Below, piece after piece: positions 11,977-23,319 of a stretch of 40,621 nucleotides of DNA. The position numbers were made by a program, and so were the translations under genes. Source of the DNA: Salpingoeca rosetta. Lineage: Eukaryota; Protista; Choanoflagellata. Location: contig JAWQFM010000026.1 in the NCBI GenBank assembly GCA_033442325.1, forward strand, positions 185,568-226,188, in the 5' to 3' direction. The number at the start of each line of letters is the position of its first letter. Within the stretch, counting starts at the first letter, position 1. The notes under the pieces are model-generated. The model was not told where the DNA came from, made no database searches, and saw only the letters and a program-made list of their open reading frames with translations.

Positions 11977-13197
11977 TCACGCAGTGCTACTGTCAGCGTG
12001 ATGCTTCTTTGCCAAGCGGATGAGCTTGTTCGCGCACCCCATCTTCACACCCGTGGCCATCAGCACTTTAACTGTGAGAATGTCCTCCGTGACAAGGTCG
12101 AGCAAGTCTTCAATCGAGTGGATGCCGTGCTCTTCAAGTGCCAATTGCACGTGTTCCAACAGCGAGTGGCGGGTTAGCCACGCCGTCAGCTCTGGCTCAA
12201 ATGGGGAGGAGGAGGAGGAGGGGGAGGAGGGGGATGGAGGGGCGGGAGGTGGTGTAGCAAGGATTGCGGCGGTGGTGGAGGAGGAGGAGGAGGAGGATGA
12301 CTGCAGCGCAGATGAGCAAGAGGGTAAGGTGAGACACGGCGTGGGCACCAAAGCGAAGGCGACAAGGAAAAGGTATGAATGGACATACATTCACGCACAC
12401 ATGCACACACACACACACATGCACACACTATCACACCTGCGTGGATCGCCGTGCAGTTGCTCCTCCATTCTTCGCTTGCTCCTCGCTTCTGGCAGAAACT
12501 ACAACCTGGCGCACTTTCTCTGCAATTTCATGCAGCTGCGACCTGCGGTCCACAGCGGCATCCAGTGCAACCACGGCGTCAATGTCAAACAGGGACAGTA
12601 CCACTTGACGCACGCTCTTGTGCCGCTGTGGCGGTGGCAAGTGTAGCACCTGCGTGAAATACTGATCGAGGGCTGCTGCTGTTTGCTTGCTAACGGCATC
12701 TGGCAGCGTCATCGCCAACTGCTTCATGTTGTCGCGTGAATCGTACTCGCCCGCTTCCGCCCCGCTCATGCCGCTGTCGTTCGCGTTGTGCCACGTGCTG
12801 CCAAGAATCACGGGCACAATGCGATGGAGGCGGATTTTGGCGTGCTGCTGCTCCTTCTCATCTTCTTCATGCGCGCGCTGGTACTCGCGCAGCGCCAGCA
12901 TCGTCATCCACTCCAGCAGCACGTTGTCGCAGTAGTCGCTGTGCTGCAGCTGCCTCATCTGCATGATGGTGGCAGCAGAGACAATGGGGCAGGCCACCAG
13001 GCTCAGCCCAATCGCTGTCATGAACGACAACTTGAAGTTGAGGCCCGTCTCCAGGTTGTTGGCGTCCAGAAACGCAACCAGGTTACGCTGCTCCAAGCGC
13101 GGATGCAGCGCCACCAGCCCACTGCTGGCCCGCTGCCTGTGGTGATCGTGGTGGTGGAGGGAGAAGGGGGATGAGCGGGGTGTTGGCGTGGGACGAT

Positions 13198-13280
<83 letters not shown>

Positions 13281-15685
13281 CGCACACACACACACACACG
13301 CACACACACACACACACGTACACACACACACACACACGTCTCACCGGTAGCTGATGAAGACGTCGTACTTGTCCTGCAGGCCAAGGACTGGCAGGAGGGG
13401 CCTATACTTGGTGATCAGGTCATCGGGTGACAGCAGTTGTTCGTCCACCCACATGTCCTGCTTGCTCTTGTGGTGGTGCAGCACATCCTCGAAGAACAGC
13501 AGCGTCTTGTCGTCGAATGGCAGCAGCAGGTTGCTCTTCAGCTCGGGATAGCGCTCTCTGGCGGCCTCGCTGATCATGGTGGGCAGCATGTGCAGCATGG
13601 CCCGTGGCTGCGCGCTCGTGATCTTCATTTTGATGCCGCCAACAGCCGGCACAAGCTGCAGCTCAAGCTTGGTCGACTCCATGAAGCAGACGGCGTGGGT
13701 GCGGCTCAGCTTGGGCTCCTGTGATGCGCCGTGCTGTGCGTGCGCCATTACATGCGCCAACACCACTGTGAACAGTCCTTCTGGCAGGAACGACGCGTGC
13801 TGTGCGTGCTCAACTTGCACGCTTGCACTTTGCTTGAACTGCTTCAGGCTGAAGGCGACATACGCTGTCTTCTCCTCGTGCCCAACAAATGGGTTGACCT
13901 GCTGTGCTGCTGTCGTGCTCAGCGACACGGATGCCATCGCGCTGTTGTTGTGGCGAATCGTCATCGGCAGAATGGGTGGGACCAGGTACTGCTGCTCTCG
14001 CGCGCGTGTGTCAACACCCTCGCTGCCATCAGCACTATCACCGTGACCGGAGTTGGCACGAATGAGCGCTTTGCGGCTGTCGACCAGCTTGGGTGGGGAA
14101 TACTCAATGCACAGCCCATACTGCATCATCAGGTGCAGGAACGGGTCAACCAAGTTGCTGTCCACGTCGTTCCACAGCACTTCCAGCAGGCGACGGTGCA
14201 GGATGCCGCGGTCAACGAGGTCGTCCCACAGCTGCGCGCCAACGGCCCTCGCCTCGCTATCCCGCACATCACGATGCAGGTCAAAGTTGCGGATGACGCG
14301 CGTCATCATGTCCACAGCCCACTGCGGACTCAGGATCACATAGTCCTCCATGCCAGGCACGCTGTCATAGTACAGGACCATGGAATACAGGTGCAGGAAC
14401 TGAAGGCAGGCTCTCGTCTCCCGACGTGTACGCAGCCCACATGTGCGTGCAATCTTCACCACCTCGTCAAACGTGAGCAGCGGCCGTTTCTCGTCGCGGG
14501 CAATGGCGTTGAGCTTGTCGTAGAGGTGGAGGTATGGCACAGCCACCTCCTGGCTCACGTATTCCTGCCAGTGCTGTGGAGGAGATGGTCTGGCGCAGGT
14601 CCTGAATCACGGGGCCATTGGACTTGGTGTTGTCAACGGGCCAGAACCACAGACCGTGCTTGTCGTTGTGAATGACACCAGGAAAGGCTGGGTTGTGGCG
14701 CAGGCGACTGTAGATGTCGCGTGAGATCTGCTCGTGCTGCTTCCGCTTGCTGACCACATCAGCGAAGGTGCCGACGATGAGGCCGGGTGCACCCTTGGCG
14801 TGGAGGTGAAGGGAGGAGAGCCAGTGCTCCATAAACTCCCACGTCTCTGCCCGCTTGCTCTCGTCTTGGTGCAGCAGGTCCTCCATGGAGAACACCAGCA
14901 GGTACACCGCGTGCCTGGTGTGGGAATGTTTGGGCGGGGTGAGGTGAGGTGAGGAGGGGAGGGGAGGGAGTGGGGTAAGTGGGTGAGGGACAGCAGTGTC
15001 GTTCCCTGGTGCTCCCAACGCACAACAGCATCACGATACAATGCCACATTGTCAAATCAGAGACACAACACACAACGTGTAACGCAGCACAGGATATCCC
15101 CACATCGCACTTGCCTTGTGCACACGCATATTCTTGTCGGTTTGGTTGACGTCTGCGCCCTGTTCAAGCAGAAACCGCACAATCGCCTCATGGCCGTTCT
15201 TGCTCGCCACGTGCAACGGCGTGGCACCCTGAAGCCAACACACCACAGGCACAGAGAGAGAGAGTGTGTGTGTGTGTGTGGGTGTGTGGTGTGTGTGGTG
15301 TGAGAGAGAGAGAGTGTGTGTGTGTGTGTGAGGGAGTGTGTGAAACTAGAGATCAGCAACACACTCACTCACTCACACACACACACACGCGCGCGCGCGC
15401 GCAGTGTCAGCAGCAACACAATAGCGCGTGGAGAGGTTCGAGTCACAGAGGAGAGGTGTCACACGCCTGCGCCGATACCGCTACCAGCACCACCACTGCA
15501 GTACGCACGACAAGCTACCAGACACCCAGATGTCCAACAAATCACAAGGGGACTCTCACAGTTTTGTTTCGCTCGTTAACGTCTGGCTTTGCTGCGCCCT
15601 TGTCCGTGTGATCACCGCCCTCCAGTAGCAACCGCTTCACGCGGTCGAGGTCTCCTGCCTCGCAAGCATCAATGAGGGCAGTCAT
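11977..15685 (-). pseudogene. Roco-family gene, ANK - (partial Roc) - COR - TIR - SAM, carrying inactivating lesions
   Basis: Exon 15685-15560 (MTALIDACEAGDLDRVKRLL..DVNERNKT); 15228-15130 (ANK: GATPLHVASKNGHEAIVRFLLEQGADVNQTDKN); 14914-13345 (Roc C-half HAVYLLVF..HWLSSLHLHAKGAPGLIVGTFAD; COR CLQFLHLYSMVLYY..VILSPQWAVDMMTRVI..FLPEGLF; TIR start YDVFISYR); 13136-12437 (TIR: LVAFLDANNLETG..CDNVLLEW..RIVPVIL); 12300-11977 (SAM-like ELTAWLTRHSL..LEEHGIHSIEDLLDL..GVKMGCANKLIR). Lesions: donor reads AT instead of GT at 15129, Roc P-loop/G3 absent, frameshift at ~14566. Confidence 0.8.
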
Positions 15686-16759
15686 GGCTGGTATTCTGGT
15701 GTTGGTTGGTGAGTGTCTGTGTCTGTTTGGTTTGCCCTCAGAAGCAGAGTTATCTTTTGATAAAGTTTTGTGGTTGCCGCTGCGGGTGTTCTGCGCTTGC
15801 GGGTTGTGCTAGTGTGCTGTGCTGTCGTGCTGTGGGTGGTGGTAGACAGGATTGAGTTCTTTTGGTGCTTGCTTGCTTGGGAGGCAGCAGTTGCTCAGTT
15901 GGTCGGCACACTTCCGCTGTGTTGTTGTTAGTTGTGTGCGAGACAGCAGTCGGTGAGTTGTTTGTGCACTTTGTTGTTTTGCTTGCAGTTCTTGCTGCTG
16001 AACGCAAAACGCAAAAAAGGAAAAAAAATCGACCGTGACCCCGACGAGACTCGAACTCGCAACCCATGGAACTGGAGTCCATTACGCTACCAATTGCGCC
16101 ACGGAGTCGACTGGAGGCTTTTGCGCTTCCTTGCTTCTCGTGCGATTTTTTGCGAACATGAATGCTCCTCCCATTCTTGTTCCTCCCAATCGCCTGCCTT
16201 GCTTCTTGCCTTGGAAACCACACAAGCACAACCTACCACAAGCCAGTCACAAAGTCACAAAAGCTTCAACTCACTCTCAACGTCCACACCACCAACAACC
16301 ACACATAGCACCAACCACCGTCTCTCTTTGCACTCTCCTTCTCCTCCCTCCTCCCTCCTCCCTTCTGCCAGTCTCCCAGTCTCCCAGTCCTGCTCTCGCT
16401 CCCTCCTTACCTAGGTAGTGTGGCTGGACTGACTTCACTGCCCATCGGCTGTGCTGTGTCTTGCACTCTCTTATGTAGACTCTTGCACTCTACTTACTCT
16501 ACGCTCCACTACACGTCGCACATACGTCTACACGTCGCTCGTAGCCTGTTGCAGTGTCGCCTTCTTGCTTCTGTTGCTCCCCTTTGTGCGTGCTTGCTCC
16601 CTTCTTGTCTCTCCTTTCCGTTTTTGCTCTCCTTTTGCTCTCCTTTTCTGGCGCACACCTCCAGACCTCCCTGCTCGGTTGGTATTTTCTCTTGCTCTCT
16701 CCCCGTTCCGGTTCCCGTCACCACCACCAGCCTTCTACCTTCTTCCCACCCCCTCTCTC
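15627..16759 (-). repeat. Right arm of ~1.1-kb inverted duplication
   Basis: Reverse complement of 10339-11445; carries small insertions around 16490-16535 (including a short tandem duplication of ctacacgtcgc) that the left arm lacks. Confidence 0.95.
16036..16108 (-). tRNA. tRNA-Trp (anticodon CCA), second copy
   Basis: Exact reverse complement of 10963-11035. Confidence 0.95.
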
Positions 16760-17114
16760 CATCCCAATCCACTCCATCGCAACTGTTCAATGGTAACGGG
16801 GCGAGCTCGGTCAACGACGAACGGAAGAATGGAAGATGAAGATAAAGCACACCTAAGCAAGAGAGAGTTGTCAATGATGTGGGGACCGGGCTGCGTTGCA
16901 ACAACGGAGGGGAGAGAATAAGGCACAACCTAAGGGGTAGAACGAGCTGAAGTGGCGCAGAAACCAGTGCGGGGAACGGGCGAATGTAACAAGCGGGCAA
17001 AAATCAGGCAAGGCAAAGGAGGGAAGCGAAATGAAACGAAGGGTGACGGGGTAGTGCGCGCTGTGGCAATGTTTGTGCGTGCAACCGTCATTGTTGTACG
17101 TGTGAGGCGCAGGT

Positions 17115-17563
17115 TCAGCTTGGGGTCAGGGCGTCACAGCCTCGCCGAAGAAGGACCGTGTAAGTGTGTTCCATGCCACCCTCCTCACCTAATGCATGCG
17201 AACAAGTGCGTTTGGGCACGTGTGAGACACGGGCAAGATGGACGTTGCGCTGAACATGAAAAGGAAGAACACGGGAGGCAAAAGACCAAAAAGAGCAAAG
17301 ATCTCGACACACACACACACACACGCACGCAAAATACTCACTCTGGACTGTGAATCGGAAGGCAGCCTGGGAGGTTGGCTCGATGGAACGAACAAACGAC
17401 TCCTGTGAGAGCACGACGGCATCAGAGGAGTGGGTCTGCATGACACCCTCGCAGCCAGCCGTCCACTCCTAAATCCAAGCGCAGCCGTATCAGTAGCCGT
17501 CGTGGTTCAAGAAGTGACCTCAAAATAAATTACAGTCAAGTCCCATCACGAGTGCACACACAC

Positions 17564-17614
<51 letters not shown>

Positions 17615-18334
17615 CGCACACACACACACACAGACACACGAACGCACCTCGACGAGGGTGAGGGTTGCATCTGGCCAGAAGGGGCGGGCGAGGATAACGG
17701 CGTCAACGGCTTGTGTGTCGAGTGCGGACGGAGCATCCACAATGAGCGCATATGTCGGCACGTCGAAGCGCCAGGGCGTTGCCGGGACGATGGAGAATGA
17801 GTCAGCAGGGATGGCGAGGGCCTCCACGTTGGCCAGATACGCGTTGCTTGACGTGGGAAGGGCGCACCTGACGAGCATAACACGGAGCCCGTGGATGAAG
17901 ATGGGAACACGTGGATGAGGATCGGTTGTTGAGACCGCGAACAAAACGATTGGAGCAAAGGAATCAAGTTTTGGCACGAACAGAGAGGCGGCAAGACCAA
18001 ACAGAGCCACAAAGAGCAACACACAGACACACACACACACACACACACACAGACAGACACACACACACACACAGACACACACAGACACACGCGTACAGGT
18101 GTCCGTCCCAGCCAGGCTGGCAGGCGCAGGTGGAGGGGGCGGTGCTGAGGGTGCAGTTGGCACGGCCTTGGAAGCAGTAGTCGCTGCACCAGTCGTAGTT
18201 GCTGGTGTAGCACTCATTGAACTCATTCACGCCAAACGCACACACGCACTCCCCTGCAAGCAGTGAACAATGCAACGTGAGCCAACGCAGACAAACACAC
18301 ATATTGCACCAAATGAGCAAACACACACACGCAC

Positions 18335-18383
<49 letters not shown>

Positions 18384-18526
18384 CACACACATACACAGCG
18401 TCATCACGCACCATCAATGCACGTCTCGTGGTCGCCACAGCCGCCAATGCACTGCACGGTGGATGGACGTCAAGCAAGAGAACACAAGCGTGTGAGATTG
18501 GCAAAAAGCATAGTAGTTTCAACCCT

Positions 18527-18566
<40 letters not shown>

Positions 18567-19638
18567 CGCACACACACACACACACACACCGTCGTCGTGC
18601 TGGTGGTGGTTGACGCAGCGGTGGTAAGGGCCTGCGAGACAGACGACAGAAAGGTGGAAAGCGAAGCAGTAACGATCGTCGTTGCTGCCACTGCCGCTGT
18701 CGTGCTCGCATCGCTCAACCCTGTTGCTGCTGCTGTTGTTGTTGTTGTTGTGGAGAGAGCACCGACGCCATCAGCCACGCCCATGCCCAGTGAAACGGTC
18801 GTGCTGGTGGATGATGTTGCGTTGACACCGTGGCTGCCACTGTTACTGCTGCCATCGTCGCTGTTGTCGTTCGAACGAATCAGAACAGCGACGCCAACAG
18901 CCAAGACAGAGGCAAGCAGCACACACAGCGTCAGCCACGCAAACATCTGCAGATACGGAAACCGCTTGCGATACACGACAGCCCCGTCACTCAGTGTCGC
19001 CTGTTCGTATGGTGGAGGACTTGGCTCTCCCCACAGCGCTTTCGTGGGCGGAGGGCCTGTGCCAGTGCTGGTGTTGGTGCTGCCACGACGGCTGTTCCCG
19101 CCATTCCCCTCCATGCTATCGTATGCATACCCGAACCCATGATACACCTCGTCATCAACACCGCTGTGGGTGCTCTCGTGGCTCTGGTGGCGGCGATGGC
19201 GGCGGCGGCGGCTGATGGTTCGCTGGCGAATGCGCTGGTTGAGCTCCTCCAACTCCTTGATGCGCAGCTCGAGGTGTTGTGTCATCTTTGACAGCTCCTG
19301 CACGGCGCCTACGCTCTCCATGAACACGCGGTCCTTGTTCACCACCAGCAGGTCGTCAATCTCCGTGCCGTCGTCAAGGGCAACGTCTCCGCAGGACTGC
19401 ACTGCGTCAGGGAGGACTTGCTGCAGCTCTTGCGCAACCACGCCCATCTCGTGTCGGTCGTCGCTGCTGCGCCCGGCCTTGCGGGCCCATTCCTCCTTCA
19501 AGTCGTACTCGTACAGGGTCATGCGGTTGACGTTGTCGAGGTGCCGCTTCGTGCTTGCAGCGTGGATGTTCTCCTTCACCCTCTTGTCCGACGTCTGCAG
19601 CAGATGTCCAGTCACCCTGCACGAGCGTGCGTGCGTGC

Positions 19639-19708
<70 letters not shown>

Positions 19709-22700
19709 AAGTGAGTGCAAGTGAGTGCGGGTATGTCGGCGTGTGCGGTGGCAAGATCAGTCGTGGCGTCTCACCCGAATTGCCTTTCCCTAACCCTTCC
19801 CCAACACACACACACACTCTCTCTCTTTCTCTCCTCCAACCCACCAAGCCCTTCCTCGCACTGACCTGATGTTGCCGGCGACGGAGAGCGCTTCCTGCGG
19901 GTCATCGACGTTGATGCCCACCTGGCCGTGGTGCACAACTGCCGACTGGGCCTTGCCACGGCTCCACTGCGTGTCCACCTCGCTGCTATATTGGCCGGGG
20001 TTTGACGCGCGCACGATGATGCGCTGGCACTGCGCGCCCTGCACAACCACGCACTGCCCAGACGACGTGTGTGCACGCAGCATGACGGCAAGCTTGAAGT
20101 AGCGCTGGTCCGGGTTTGGTTTCCCGCGCTTGCGCATGTTGTTGGCGGTTGTGGAGGTGAAGTGGAGGCGGGCAAGCCTGTGCACGCGGCGCCCCAGCAA
20201 CTCTGCAGCCGATACAACCAAGGGCTCGAACGAGGTCTTGGTGCGGTCTGTCTTGCTCTGCTCAATCGCAACAAGTTGCTCGTGGGCCTCCAACTGCAGC
20301 AATTTGAATATGTGTGTGTGTGTGTGTGTGTGTTGTGCGTGTGTGTGTGTGTGTGTGTGAATGCGACGTGAACATGGTGAAACAAAGCAGCGGTCGAGGC
20401 GAGATGCATGTCACATCATCACAACAACAGCGCACACCACACGATTAACACACGCGTCCCCATGCGCACAGACCACAACAACAGCCCTCAGCCCCTGGTC
20501 GTCCTCACCTTGAGGCCTGTGACGGAGATGGAGAGTTGAGTAACGTCGTGCAACGTGTCGTCAATCTTGACCGTCTTTGGCTCGCGGTCGCACGCCACCA
20601 GCACAGACAGCTGCATGCGCAGGGATGGTAGTTGTGTGCGTTTGAGTCGTGTGTGGCATGGGTTCAAGCAGGCCATCAAGTTGCTCCCCGGTGCGCTGTC
20701 GCACACACACGCACACAGACACACACACACACACACATACACATACGCACGCACAAGTGAACACACACTCTCACACTCTTCGCTCACCTGAAAGTGGTTC
20801 TTCTTCTGACACACAAACGCCTCGTCCATCGGGGAGTACGAGAAGCCCTTGTCCGCGCGAACCTGCAACGCACACACACACACACACACACACACAGAAG
20901 TGCGTGATAAGTTGGCGAGTGAAGTCTGTGCCGCGATCACACCCACACACGCACACACACGCACATATACGCAACCACCCCCCCCCCACACACACACACA
21001 CGCGAACTCACGTTGACGGTGAGGGGGATGTGCCTGCCTGCAGCGTCAAATACGGGACAGCGCTCTGTGTCGTCGCTGGTCTTGAAGACGAGCATGGGCA
21101 CATCAGACGGTACCTCCCCCGTCATCTCAAGCAGGTCCTGGGTGTCTGTGGTTGACCCTTTTTTCTTGCGACCACTGCGTCCCCCGCGCTTCTTGCCCTT
21201 GCCTTTGCCCGTGCTGCCCCGCCCGCCCTTCGCAGAGCTGCGTGAGGCAGATGTGATGCGTGCGCGCTTGTGCGTGTCCAGCCCACTGTTGCTGCCGTCC
21301 TCATCATCGTCGTCGTTGTTGCTGTCGCCGTTGCTGTTTGCGCTGTTGGTGCCGGGCGGGGAGGTGGCAGACGCAGACGCCGACCCCGATGACGAAGATG
21401 ACTTTGACGAAGACGACACGCGCGCAGCTGCAGCAACATGCCGCCGCTTTCCCGTATCTGCAGCACGAATGGCATGTGTGTGTGTGTGTGCGTGTGCGCG
21501 CGCGCGTGTGTGTGTGTGTGGCGGGGTCACACATATGTGCACGCGAAATTATTGTCTATCCATCCAAACTATCTTCCTTTTCCCTTTTTCCACATAACGA
21601 CACAGAACACTCAGCAACACAACAGCACAACAGCTCAACTCTACACCAGTCTACCCTTCTACCACCTTAAGACCTTACCACCGCACCGTCACCAGATCCC
21701 CCACAGCACAAACATGCGCACGAACCGCGTGCGGTGGTGTCAAAGGGCTGGAGGTGCAGGGAAGATGCAGGCTGAGGAAAGCCCATGTGCGCCATGCCCG
21801 ATTGATCTGGAATGCCATTTCGCGGGTGTGGCGGTGTTGGTGGTGGTGGCGGCGGCGGCATCTGCTGCCCAGAGGCTGCGCTGGTGTTGAAGGCTGCCTG
21901 ATAGAAGGCGCCCGGGGCGATGGTCGAGTGGGACGATGCGGGGTGCTGCTGGTGCTGCCTCTGCGGCGCACTCGGGACATACGCGTGCGTCAACGGCTTG
22001 GGCTGCTGCTGGGAGAGGGGCGGCTGCTGGTGCTGGTGGTGTTGCAGCCGCGTGTCAAACGGGAGCGAGGTGCCGAGCTGCGGGAAGAAAGGCTGCAGCG
22101 GGGGCGCAGGCTCCTCCGTGCCGTCCATGTCATGCTCGCCAGCGAGTGTCAGCGACATGGTTGACGTCGGCAGGTGCTGGAACCCTCCCTGCCCGCCGTC
22201 ATCCTCTCCACCGTCGTCACCAAGAGCAGTGTGACCGTGCCCCGAGTGCCGGCCGAGGCGGTGTTGCTGGTTCTGCTGGTGCTGCTGCTGGTGCACGGCG
22301 AGGGCAGGGAACGAGGCGGCTACATCGTCTTCGAGGGACGATGGGTTGGCGTTGCCACCCAGGGTCGGGTCCGTCATGACGGCGCCTGCAAGCATCAGCG
22401 CCTCTGTGGATGCGGTGAGGGAGTTTGGCGCGTTGGTGACGCCCGTGCTTCCGGGGAGATTGAAGGTCTCTGGCATGCCTGTGTTGAGTGCCTCCGTGCT
22501 GTCGTAGAGGGGATTCGTCTTGCTCTCCTGCCCGAGAGAGTGCAGGCCGAGGTGATCCGCACCACTCTGGTAGTGGTGGTGGTGCTGATGCTCGTACTCT
22601 TGCTGCCTGCGATGCGACTCGTACAGATGGTATCGGTGCAAGGGAGGCTGGCGCTGGTGCTGTTGCTCTTGTTGTTGCAGTTGGTGTTGTTGTTGTGGCT

Positions 22701-23319
22701 GTTGTGGCTGATGATGGATGTGGGGGTGGTGTTGTTGTTGTTGGCGCTGGTGCTGGTGTTGTGGTTGTGGTTGGAATTGTTGTTGCAGAAGGGATGGGTG
22801 GCGAGGGGATGCGCGCGTGGAGTGGTAGGGCGAAAATGCGCTTGGGGTGGTCGCAAAATGGAGTTGGGAAGCATCTCCGGCCATGGTGGAGCTCGGCATG
22901 TGCGGCATGAAGTTGACTTCATTGCGCAGGCCTGACACTGCTGCACTTGCTGCGCTTGTTGTTGCAGTCGTAGTGGTCGTTGTAGTCGTAGTGGTGGTGG
23001 TGGTGGCAGCACTCTTGGTGCGTGCACCTTCGTCGTTGTTTCCTGGGGACGGAGTGCCTGTGGACGGCATGGACGTGCCAGTCAGGTTCTCGGACGATGG
23101 ATCGCCCCTTCTTGTTTCAAGCACACAGCACAGCAAAGCAAAGCAAAGCAAAGCAACCACGACAGGACATGAGCCGCATGGGGACGCGTGGTGTCGAAAA
23201 TAGAGAGTGCAGTGGGATCAAAGGAAGGCACCGCATTTGACACATGAACGTCAGCAAAGCCAAGGAAAATAGCAGCAGGAACAAAGCACTTTGTGGCACA
23301 CTCACCGCTGAGTCGCCAT
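17115..23319 (-). CDS. MYRF: MYRF-family membrane-tethered transcription factor: Q/H/P-rich N-terminus, NDT80-like DNA-binding domain, ICA (peptidase S74) auto-cleavage domain, coiled coil, TM helix, Thr-rich stalk, 2 EGF-like modules, cadherin-like beta-sandwich
   Basis: DBD motifs VRADKGFSYSPMDEAFVCQKKNHFQ, IEQSKTDR, RLHFTSTTANNMRKRGKPNPDQRYF, IIVRASNPGQY. ICA motifs VTGHLLQT/SDKRVKENI, GVVAQELQQVLPDAV, LVVNKDRVFMESVGAVQEL. TM FAWLTLCVLLASVLAVGVAVLI. Probable start exon MATQR at 23319-23306; last exons 17435-17342 and ~17188-17115. Confidence 0.93.

Noticed and set aside
15421-15446. B-box-like GGTTCGAGTC in Roco intron 1
   Set aside because: No cloverleaf, and the A-box-like sequence is too close; probably chance.
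10339-16759. DNA transposon with long terminal inverted repeats
   Set aside because: No transposase/integrase motifs, no evident target-site duplication, and the arms are host promoter + tRNA + exon sequence.
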